Assembly (NCBI GenBank): GCA_976226885.1
Contig: OZ320321.1
Location: 60,574,001 to 60,638,000 of the forward strand
Reading direction: 5' to 3'
Origin: Iphione sp. A-MEVVRFRX5
Taxonomy: Eukaryota
DNA length: 64,000 nt
The position numbers and the translations under genes are program-made. The stretch's first letter is position 1, and the number at the start of each line of letters is the position of its first letter. Below are positions 28,175 through 40,100 of the stretch, in pieces. The notes beneath the pieces are model-generated. The model saw only the letters and a list, made by a program, of their open reading frames with translations. It ran no database searches and was not told the origin of the DNA.

Positions 28175-31100
28175 ACCTTCCTCTCCACGCAACAAGCACA
28201 ACGGAGGATTAGCTGCTGCAGCGGCACGCAGTCTATGTCAATCTTCAGTCACTGCTGGTATTTGTCTGCGTCAGGCTTTCGTTAAGTGGTGTTGGTATTT
28301 GCGTCGGGGCAATATTTCCATTGAGAAGCGGATGATGATGAGACCCATGTCGGCGGCGAGCGGACAGCTGCCGAGCGTGCCATCACGTGACCGGCATGCA
28401 TCACCTCAAGCTGCGGAGACTGACTACGGAATCAAAGTATGACTGGAGTAAAGAGTCCCAAGCTATAGTCTTCTTGTTTATAGGTGTGTCTGCTTCAAGT
28501 CACATTCTGACAAGCCTTGAGGACAGTTCCATTTTGCCACAGCAGTGGCATATTTATCTAGTCCCTGAAATATTTTTTTTGTCAGTGTATCTTTAACCAG
28601 GAACTAGATATTCAGTTATCATTTTTTTAGCTGTTCTTCTATATCCTCTTGGGGTGGCATACTATTGTCTATTATTGAGAATCGAGAGCCCAGAATACCT
28701 AGACTTGCACCTTTCTTTATTTTGAATACGTTTTTGAAGTCATTTTATGCATAGGGGATAGAATCCTATATACAAAACACCTTTATTACAACTTGTGGAC
28801 CACTCTGGCTTGGGGCTACAGTAAGAGTCCTGGACCCAGGATTGAACCTGCAACATCTCAATCAGTGGACCAGTGCTAGTCACTACCCAGTCATGCCAAT
28901 GCCATCGCCTTGATATCCTTGATAATGCCTCCCCCCACCCCCGAAAACTATCCTTGGTAATACGATGTACAGTCTTTATATAGGAAACTTGTCTTCGCAG
29001 CCTTTTACTTTGGCTTCCGGAGATTGTGGTACCAATCTATCAAAAGAGCACAAGTTCTATACATTGCTCAAGGCTCATGTCTCAACATCAAGTACCATGG
29101 TCTGATCTCCACACGACTGCAGCCTAAATATAGCCATTAACAAGACAAGTCAGGATCCACTGGACATTTTTTGTTGCCTATATATGCCTACTCATTTGTT
29201 ACTGTGGTCACCTCTGTAGTGAGTAGACTGTGCAAGTTGTTGCAGTCACCTCTGTAGGGAGTAGACCCTGTGAGTGGGTGTGGTCACCTCTGTAGTTGAG
29301 TAGACTGTACGAGTTGTTGCAGTCACCTCTGCAGTGAGTAGACTGTATGAGTGGTTGCAGTCACCTCTGTAGGGAGAAGACCCTGTGAGTGGTTGGGGTC
29401 ACCTCTGTAGTTGAGTAGACTGTACGAGTTGTTGCAGTCATCTCTGTAGTGAGTAGACTGTGCGAGTGGTTGCAGTCACCTCTGTAGTGAGTAGACTGTA
29501 TGAGTGGTTGTGGTCACCTCTGTAGTGAGTAGACTGTATGAGTGGTTGCAGTCACCTCTGTAGGGAGAAGACCCTGTGAGTGGTTGGGGTCACCTCTGTA
29601 GTTGAGTAGACTGTATGAGTGGTTGCAGTCACCTCTGTAGTGAGTAGACTGTATGAGTGGTTGTGGTCACCTCTGTAGTGAGTAGACTGTATGAGTGGTT
29701 GTGGTCACCTCTGTAGTGAGTAGACTGTATGAGTGGTTGCAGTCACCTCTGTAGGGAGAAGACCCTGTGAGTGGTTGGGGTCACCTTTGTAGTTGAGTAG
29801 ACTGTATGAGTGGTTGCAGTCACCTCTGTAGTGAGTAGACTGTATGAGTGGTTGCAGTCACCTCTATAGTGAGTAGACTGTATGAGTGGTTGTGGTCACC
29901 TCTGTAGTGAGTAGGCTGTGCGGGTGGTTGCAGTCACATCTATAGTGAGTAGACTGTATGAGTGGTTGCAGTCACCTCTGTAGTAAGTAGACTGTATGAG
30001 TGGTTGCAGTCACCTCTGTAGTGAGTAGACCCTGTGAGTGGTTGGGGTCACCTCTGTAGGGAGTAGACTGTGTGAGTGGTTGCAGTCACCTCTGTAGTGA
30101 GTAGACTCTGTGAGTGGTTGCAGTCACCTCTAGAGCGAGTAAACTGTGTGAGTGGTTGGGGTCACCTTTGTAGTGAGTAGACTGTGCGAGTGGTTGCAGT
30201 CACCTCTGTAGTGAGTAGACTGTGTGAGTGGTTGTGGTCACCTCTGTAGCGAGTAGACTGTGTGAGTGGTTGTGGTTGCCTCTGTAGTGAATAGACTGTG
30301 TAAGTGGTTGCAGTCACCTCTGTAGTGAGTAGACTGTATGAGTGGTTGTGGTCACCTCTGTAGCGAGTAGACTCTGCGAGTGGGGTTGGTGATGCGTGCA
30401 TGTGCATACTGATAAGCAGTAGGCTCCCTCTCCCTCTGTCAGACTATGTTCAGAATTAATAATCATTCTTCATGTCGTCAGGTGGCCCTCCCGGGGCGGT
30501 GACCGATCAGACCACGCTTCCTCATGGGTCACTGCCTTCTTATTGATGAGTACGACCAAACCTGTGGACAAGTTGTAGCAAGGGCCATCCAGAAATACAC
30601 GTATCCAAAATACCCAAATCGTCCCTGCGCAAGGCGTTCCTAATTTTCTATTCTAATTAGCCATGTTATTTTTGGAACAAACATCCACCTGTGCGGCGAT
30701 CATGGGTACATTATCATTCAAACTCCATATGCCGGCCCGTGTGACTTGACTGCGCTCGGACCTCGCTATTTTAGCCAGAGGCAGTTGTTGTTCTTCCTCT
30801 TCCCGGACAAATAGGAGGCGTTGAGTTCGGTGCAGCTTTTCCGAACTGTTCCCTCCTGCTGGGCTACGGCCGATATGATAGCTAGAAGTGTACTCTCCGA
30901 CAATTATATACTATATATACATAATAATACAAGTACAATGTATGTGTAACATGAAGAAGCATAGAATGCGTTGTCAGAGCCAACGTCCCTTTAAGGTTCA
31001 GTAATATCTCCCGAAAGTAGCGTCGGCTTTGCTCATGGTCGAAACTCGTGCGACTGTGTGAGAGGGCTGTTCATCAATTCTTTTTCTACATTTTTGAGAT

Positions 31101-34100
31101 ACCGAGGACCCAACCTTTTGTTTCCCCCCCCCCCCCCCAAGAACTTTTAACTGCACTTTTTTCCCTGTGTGCGTATGGAGACAAGTTGTGATCCACATTT
31201 TCTAGAGTCTGTCAGCATGCTGCTGCCGCCGCCGCCGCCGCAGATTACCCACCCCCGTGGTGGGTAGTGAGGACGAAACAACAAGTCTGGGGAGTGATTA
31301 CGGGCTCAACATCATAACCGATAGACCTCATACCTGTTCAGTGGGGGCTGACTGAGTACAGAAGGTCGAACACATCAGGGAGATCTGTACGGTCACAGCG
31401 GGGTCGTTAGGTGATACTGTAGTCGGAGGTGGCAGTCCAGGGTTAACCAACCTTCGCTTCAGGGATGCGTACAAGAGTGAAAACTCCTGGCGCACCTTTT
31501 CTGTATAGCTCGCCACCCGAGAGCTATACACTGTCGGCTTCTTAAGCTGTTCGTCTGACCTTATTGGCGGTGTGAACGGCGCCTCTCTGCGGTGAATGCT
31601 CGGTGGTTTGGAGGCTGTGCTTCATCTCCAGATGGTACGAGAACAAAGTGTCATATATAAAGATATGCACCATTAGGTTCTGTGACAGTGATGTGACATA
31701 GTCATGGCACCGTCGTGTACCCTCACAGGCCCAAGGACGGGGGGATAGTGGGAGTACATTAACATTAACTCTCCTGTACCATTCCTGACATTGTCAGGTT
31801 GCGTCTGGTTACGGACCCCAGCCACTAGACCAATCAACCAACACAGACATGCACAATAGACCAGGTGTGAGCGTCGAGCTGCTCTCTGTCTGTGCTACAG
31901 TCGGGCGCCGTATGCTCTGAAAGTGCTCGTTTAGAATTCGGTCTCTCTTAATGTCAATCCACAACAGACACGTACAAAGTAGATTGGAGTTTCGTGAAAT
32001 AGAGCCACCAATCACACTGAGCAAAAACGCTGCTGCAATAGCCTGTCAACCTCCATTCTGATTGATATTCACACTCCAACTGTAACTCGACCCCCTTCTC
32101 GTTTCTTGTGTGTTTGCTGCATTAAAAAGCCTACCCACTTGGCCAGAGGCAATACGAAAGCTTGTGATTTTCATATGACGTAAGATGTGTGGCCAGTTGA
32201 AGTCAGTGCAGGACTGCCTGATGAGCCCTCCTCCTCAACGCTAAGCCATTAATATTTCAATGCCTTCTGTGGCTGCCGCCTGTCCCCGGTGTCAAAGTCT
32301 CCTGGCTGAGTGTCAACATCTGACTGCATTCCCGGTACATCTAGGTCCGTTTCCAGACCCTAAACGGAGTGCACACACGGTGAGGCTGGCGGTTTTCTGA
32401 CCTGGCCACATTCCTGATGTTCCTTAATATTATAAAATATAATAAGAGAAATATGGCTCTGGTGAAAAATCTACAACATTCACCATTTAAATGCCTACCT
32501 AATTTGGCTGCAATGCAAGGTGTCTCCCGAATAGAGTTTGCTGCTTTGGGTTTTGAATTTGGTCTCTCCTGTCCCAATTCACAATGTGACGACGGCCATG
32601 TACAAAGCATAGCTCACGCTGGTTTGGATCAATTACTTGATAACTACACGAGTTATTCGTACAACAGTCACAGTGACGGTTCTGTATGGGTCATCTATGC
32701 ATGTACTAGGATGTCACGCGGTACACGTGTACTGGAAGATTCGGCCGGCCGGCCGGCACGAGGCTGCCTGATAGCAGGAGACCTGGACCAATCTGTTGAC
32801 AGGAACCGGGTTCTGTATTACATATATGTACAAACCAAATATGCGTGGCTACATCGACGATAATTATTACCCGTTCTCAACCCGTCCTCCGACGTTCGAC
32901 TACCGCTACAGCTTCATTACTACACCCCACTCCCTTCCTCCCAAATAATACACAATGAGGAAACGACGGCGTTTGCTCAACACGTCTTGGCTCCTTTGCC
33001 AAGGCCGCCGCCGCCTTACGTAACAACGCCGCCGCTTTCCTATAGCGGTGCTAGTCAACTATATCGGGCGATGACAAAAAGAGTGCTACGAATCTCAGCC
33101 AGCCAGCCAGCCAGCCAGCCATGGGTTCGTAAGTTAAAACTTTATAACCTGCAGTGGGGCTACAGGTGGCGCCAACTGAGAGAGGGGGGAGCGGGGGGGG
33201 GGGGTCATACGCCAAGGTTTACATGGTAGTTTAATATTCTCGACGAGTTGAATGATCTGGAGCCGACATCCTCAATTTGGACTAATCTCCGGCCCCAACT
33301 AATTCTGATGCCGTCGAGTGAGAGACCCTGGGCCCCTCACCTGTCATGCTACTGCAAGGGGAAGGGGGTGGGGGGGGGGCACCTGTGAAGTGGCGGATAA
33401 CGGAACCCAACCATTATCTGGGCTATGGGCATTGAGTTATTGGTGAAGGGGGGAAAACCAATTTAGGTTTCCAAGAAGGTGAACACATAGAGAGAGGTTT
33501 CTGAAGCGAAACCCACTGCCACTATGACCTAAGAATTTCAGAGTTAAATAAGGGTATGTGAGCACGTACGTTCATACACACCTCAGTTACAATCTTGGCG
33601 GTACTGCATTTCACTTACATAATACACAATATTCCTATATATGTATTCGAAGTACAAATACTTCTGTACTCGAATAACTTCATCAAAGAGCATACCAGAA
33701 TAATTACTAGATGAAAATTGCAGCACTAGAAAAGACTATGCATTGAATCTGGAAGTTACTGAACGCAAACAACATTAAATATTGACTGTGGAGACGTGGC
33801 TAGCTTCCTTCCTTGCTGTGGTACTACCACGTTGAGAGGAAATCATGGGAATTTTGTACTTTGGAGCCAGTCTATAAAAAAAACTGTTCATGACGAGGAT
33901 CTTTCTGACTCATTCTCCAGCTATTTCGTGAGAAAATCCATTATTTTCAGTGTTTTACTTACGGGTCTCGGTCATTAATACAAGAAATAAATTAAAAAGC
34001 GAACACCGAAAGCGTACTATAAAAAAATATAAAACTCATAACCTCTCATGCATTTCCCGATTAGGCGCTTGGGAAATTCCGATAACAATGTACCTAACAA

Positions 34101-37100
34101 AACGCTAACTCTCGGCATCGGTTTTCTCTTCCCCGCCTCCATTCCCTTCGTGTTAAGTTGTTTTTATTCCTACTTACTTACATGGCGCACTGACTGAATT
34201 CAATACCAATTTCTATTCATTTAACAGTACATTTACATGTGTACTTGAGCTTCCTGCCATTTTTAACTGGCAAGTTTTCAGTGTATCGTGCAGGCAGGCG
34301 GATTGTCGTCTGCTACTACTACTAATGAGGCACCTGTAAAACCGCCATTTTCGCCATTCACATCAAATAACTACCCATGGCCCTCTCCTGTTTTTAAAAG
34401 AGCAGGGCGAGAATGCACGGGCAGGTATGTCCCTCCCTTTATTTCGAAACTTGGCACGGCTACACCGAGGTGAACTTCCTCTCTAAAACCCCCCGACGGC
34501 TGTCTGAGTGTGGCGGGCGGCGCTGTGAGCGGAATAAAGATGGTCAGGAATGTGGAGTAGATTCACCACCACCTCCACCACCTCCACCACCACCACCACC
34601 CGAGATGGCTGTGTATTCAGCAGTTCAGAGAAGGAGAACAAGCGGCCAGCTGAGGCGCACCACTCGCCACATTCCCGGCAGCCCAGGAGAGACCGGGAGG
34701 TTGGTGGGGGGGGGGGGATTAGGGTTAAGTCCAACAAGCAGAATCAAGTTATGTGACGGCGCCAGCAAACGTGGAATACCGCAAGTACTTGAGAAGTGAG
34801 CTTAAACAAAAGCCCCCGCCCCCCTCTGACTAAACCACATGATCAATAACATGGGGGGGGGCGGCGGCAAGTCACTGGGAGGAAGTGTTTGGGACTGAAA
34901 TGATGATTCGGCCTTTAAAGATGAGGAGGGAGGGTAGAATGGTGGAGTGTCCTGGTCTATAAATAGAGGACAAATACAGCTCTGTGGCAATCTGCTGCAC
35001 GGCATACCGAATCTCTGTTACTGCCTCCATCTCAGTGGGCATCTCCGGGGTTACTGCACTGAACAGCTTTTTGCGTTGAGTCCCCCCGGCCTTTGCTCTT
35101 TATTCTCTGCTAAGATGTCTTATTGTGCCATCTCCCCCGTCACATCATTCAAAACTACTAAGAGTTATGTGCAGTGTTTCTGACACGGCCCAGCGCGGCG
35201 CAGGAACCACTAGGCGGCAGCACATAGGGCCGCTACATGACCCATGTTTGATGTGAGGGGGTGGCGGTGGCGGCGGTGGTGGTGGTGGTGGTGGGCGAGG
35301 CTTGACTATTGCTGACCTGACACGGATCCATCTGGTACGACGAGTGATAATACCACACACCAGCAATTTACATGACGATGATTGCCCAGGATGAACGGGC
35401 AAGGGTCGGCCAACGCCACCGGCCAATACGTACACTGTGGGGGCGAGCGGGGCCCCCAGCCGTACAGCCCAGTCCATGGGTGATAGCACCAACACTGACG
35501 AGCCGAGCCCTGGGAGATGTGTGTCAGCTTGAAGACCCAATCACTCAAAAACTACTTGTTCTGGATGTGTGTGCGTGTGTGTGGAGGGCTGGGCGGGGGG
35601 GCGGGGGAACTGAAGGGTCAAGCTAATGATTTCCTAGATTATAAGGGCCGCCCTATACTCCGTGTGTGCCTGTGTTACATTTTTTTGGGCGTGACGTGTG
35701 AGTGTTACGTGTTAGCGTGGCGTAGTGTGTGTCTGTATCTGCTACGTACACAGACATGATAAGCAAAATGTGTGTGTGTGTGTGTGTGTGCGTATGTGTG
35801 TGTTCACGGCCTGTTACAATCGTACATCAGAGTGCGGAGAGCCTGTGGCCTAGAAACCCACCCCTTGCGTTGCTAGCTTGGGTTGCCCAGGCCCATACAG
35901 CACACAGGACCCCCGCCCCCGCCCCCGCCCCCACCCCCCGCCTCATGTCTACAACTCTATTCTAATCTATGTACAGTGTCGTTTCGCCAACTACAGGCTC
36001 TCGAGCCCAATATGTGTCGCTGATGCTACGACAGAGGTATACGTGAATTAAATAAACAACCCACGACCATTTGGTTACGATCAAGGCTGGGTACTGGACC
36101 GGAACAGGAGCCCGGCGGGGGACGGTGGTATTTGGGTCGTATTGCTAGGATCTCTGTTGGATCATACACGGCTTGGGGGCAGGGACGTGTGGCTTGCAGA
36201 GATGGCCCACTACCGACTTCTGGGTCAGGTTCGCTTTATTTATATCCTAACCATCTCCAAGCCTCTTTGACCCTTCATTCTTTGCCCGAATCGGCCCCAT
36301 CGTCGATCATGACGAAATGCCCTTCACTTCACGGCCGACTCGCCTTCTGACTGTCATGGTCGGTNNNNNNNNNNNNNNNNNNNNNNNNNNNNNNNNNNNN
36401 NNNNNNNNNNNNNNNNNNNNNNNNNNNNNNNNNNNNNNNNNNNNNNNNNNNNNNNNNNNNNNNNNNNNNNNNNNNNNNNNNNNNNNNNNNNNNNNNNNNN
36501 NNNNNNNNNNNNNNNNNNNNNNNNNNNNNNNNNATGTGAAGAATGTAGCCGTCCTATATATAATCCTCCCAAACACATGTACACCAACACACACTGCGTT
36601 CATGCATGCACACGTGAAAGCGGGGCTGTCGGTTGCTAATCGTCCCATGGTCTGACAACTGTTCACCTTGAACCTAAACTGTGGGTCAAGAGCTAACAGA
36701 ACTCATGGAAGTTCGCCTGGAGAAGAAAGGTCAAAACCTTTTTTTTCTACCACAAAGGGTTACTTTTAAAAATCTACCTTGATATATATCTACTACTAAA
36801 TCGTATCTCTGTGTATATAAAAGGCATCCTATTCACCATAATTGGATAATTTTCCTAATTAGCTCTAATTATGGGATCTTCCCGATCTAACTCACTCGAG
36901 TACACGGATTATGTAACTAAATTAAGACCTACATTTAAAAAACTGCTAATGCAAGCAAATTACGTCCTCTTAATACATGTGCATAATGAAGATTTTTAAA
37001 AATGTGTTCCAATTCTAAGGGTGAATATGTTCAACCTGAATTGTTTTCAATACGCCATACATCCGTACTGTACCAAACTAACATTCTATGATCCTACAAA

Positions 37101-40100
37101 TCTTGCACTCAGAGTACCGTGTTTTTTTCAAGCTATGAATTATAATACTCTGCCCTTCTTGCTGGGGGTGCGTGGTACTCTGGCGGTCTGCTCAGATCTG
37201 ACTGGAACTCACATACAATGTACATACATGGATATATATGTACACATGTATACATGTACCTGTTATATCCATTTCATACTGTTTCAATGTGGCGGTAGCA
37301 GCCTGTGGGAATGCTGGCGTCTTGTAAACTTTCAACTGATTTCTGTAGGTGTGCCGTACCGCATGGCCTATTCATACATTTGCTACTTCTGCTTTCATGC
37401 CTATCTGCTGGCTTCACTCCAGTAACCGAGGTTCACCGAGCACGCTCGTTTAAATATATGTATATCAGTGAGGGCTGCCTGGCCTGTTTCAATACCTGAC
37501 AAATACCGAGGAGGAGGAGGCATACTGAATTGCAATACACGTGTGCTTGACTGTTCGCACAGGCTGCGATCAGGAATACATTATCACTCCACGCGACCCA
37601 GACACGAACTCGTTTCAATATTGTTACAAATACAACCGAATTCAGCAGAGCGGTGACCGACGACAGCCTGACCTGCAGAGCGACTAATCTGACCGTGAGC
37701 TGACTCTTCGTATCATAGTACAAGGAGAGCGAGAGATATCCTTATCACCGCTCGAGTAGTTGGCGTCCAATCGAATAACGATAGGTGGATAATGTTCAAG
37801 AGAAAGAACGCCCCAGTTTGTTGGGAAAACATAACCACAAGTCGAGCTATTACTAATGATAAAACACTTAAGCTCTGTATTTCTGGATGAGTGTGCTGGA
37901 AGTTTTTTTTCCCCCTCCTCCCATAGCTGTTTATACGAATGCCGACATGATAGAGTCAAAACAACGTTTGGAAATTGCGACCGATTAGGTGCAAATATGC
38001 TTCGGGTTTCCTGTTTCATTTGCACCGCCTTCTACGCCAGATCCCCGATATCTGACTTCACGGATACGACGTACAACTCGACATAACCGATTCATTCAGG
38101 TAGAACCGGCCAATAAGAAATGTCATTTAATGACCACTGCCCCCCCCCCCCTTCCACCTTTCATGTTCACCCACCGCCAGCTGGGCGATCGGTTTGAAGG
38201 CGAGGCATGGATGCACCAGCGAGCATTTGTGTCTAGATTGGGGGCCCTCGGGCGACAGCCGAATAAATCAACATAAGCTAACACGGCCGGCTGTCAGTGC
38301 AATGTCACCACCAGTAGATCACTCGGACGTCTCTACAGCCGCCCAGTCCCAAGAAACACTGCACACACATATACAAAAAAAAAAACCTGCTTTAAGTTTG
38401 ATATGTATCAACAGCGTGCATTTCCATAGTGTTATATCAATGACAAAAGCCGGCAACTGGTGGACTGAACTGTGTTGGTGAGCCAGACACTCCCTCAAGC
38501 GCCCATGTCGACGCTACTAAAACGTGCTTGTGTTCAGTTTTATTGAGTAGCTTGTCGTCTAGATCAAGTTTTTTTTTTTTTAACCAACTCCATACATTGT
38601 ACGTGTACGACGTTTTCCGGGTTGAACCTTTTGAAAGTACAGAGCCTCTTGATATTGTTTGCCGAAACACAACCAATTCAACGGCCAACTGAGCAAAGAG
38701 CACTGTGGATGGACTCGCGCCCAGTTCTCACTGGTGTGTGTACATGTGTGTTTAGACCGCGTGTCTCGGGGCATGAAGCTCAGCAGGTGCTTGCATGTCG
38801 TGTATGCATGAACTTGCCATGGTGGGATTCAGTCGAACAGACGCGCGCGCACACGTCCGCCCCCCCCAACCTCAACCCCCACCACCAGCCCTCAACATAA
38901 CAGGATACCAAACATACAGACGTAAGTTGAAGGCTCTTCGGTCTCACAGATGGGACAGGAAACGCCAAGTGGGACATGAAGTTGACAGGTGTACCACGAT
39001 TAAGCAAAGAGCAATCCTGCTATGTAGTACCCAATCAGATAGGACTCGCAGCACAAACNNNNNNNNNNNNNNNNNNNNNNNNNNNNNNNNNNNNNNNNNN
39101 NNNNNNNNNNNNNNNNNNNNNNNNNNNNNNNNNNNNNNNNNNNNNNNNNNNNNNNNNNNNNNNNNNNNNNNNNNNNNNNNNNNNNNNNNNNNNNNNNNNN
39201 GGTACATGAAACAAGTACAATGTAGCTACATGTATTTAGTGGTAAAGTTGGCTCCAGGAGCTTTATTAAGCTTTCCCCGATAGTAGTTATACGACCTGGT
39301 GATATATTCGCCCTGACGAGTGGAGTTGGATCCTCAAACCTGACCTACCACCACTTGTTCTCGAACCCCACATTGATCTCTACTACTACGTGCCCGGCTG
39401 GCCACGCCTTGCTTAACCTCCACTACAATCACCTCATCGGCGTCTTCTCAACGCCGCTGCTCCATCATCGGCACCAGCCTGCTACATTTGTCTTCCACCT
39501 TTTTGTTGTTTTTTTTTTATCCCCCCCACAGCGTACGGGTTTTCTCGAGGCTCTACTTTGGGCCGAAGACAGTAGCCTGCTAACCTTTCACTGGCATCCT
39601 TTTACTGTGTAGGCCAGTGAGTATAAAGTTAGTGGGATCCCTGCACTTGGTGCTATTTATCATGGCAGGCGGCACCTTCTGCCACGGGTGCTTCTCTGCT
39701 CTCCCTTCTAGCTGCTGCATGGTCGTCTCGGCGCCATCTGACTCAGTCGAGCCTTGTAGCAGCATCCCACGTCTTCACCGCCGCCGCCGCCGCCTCTTCC
39801 TCCTCCTGCAAGGGCGGCCCCAGCCCTGGAGGAGAGGAGGGGGGAGTAACACGATCCTGGCAGTAGTGCAGGGAGTGAGGCGGCAGGCGCACGGCCCTAC
39901 TCCCCATATATGTGTGTCGGAGCGCGGCACATTACTCACTCACTCACGCGCAGGCACACCCGCACATACTCGAGGCATACTCGCAAATAGGCAGCGGTCC
40001 CCCCTTCAGAAACACCTATATTATACCAAACGTACACATACCGACACTGCAGCGAGGGAACCCCCCCCCCCCTTTTGTGTCAACCCATCCGCCTTAAGTT

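Noticed and set aside
28163-28234. Possible phase-0 exon ending ..RCACCVERK|gtggtg
   Set aside because: Weak donor running into a (GT)n repeat, with an in-frame stop just upstream
29203-30385. 38-bp repeat as a CRISPR array
   Set aside because: Units are contiguous with no unique spacers, there are no cas genes, and the context is a eukaryotic intron; ORF 30162-30407 is only the repeat
31246-31279. Hammerhead-like GTGAGGACGAAAC next to an 8-bp hairpin
   Set aside because: The CTGANGA core strand and stems I/III are absent
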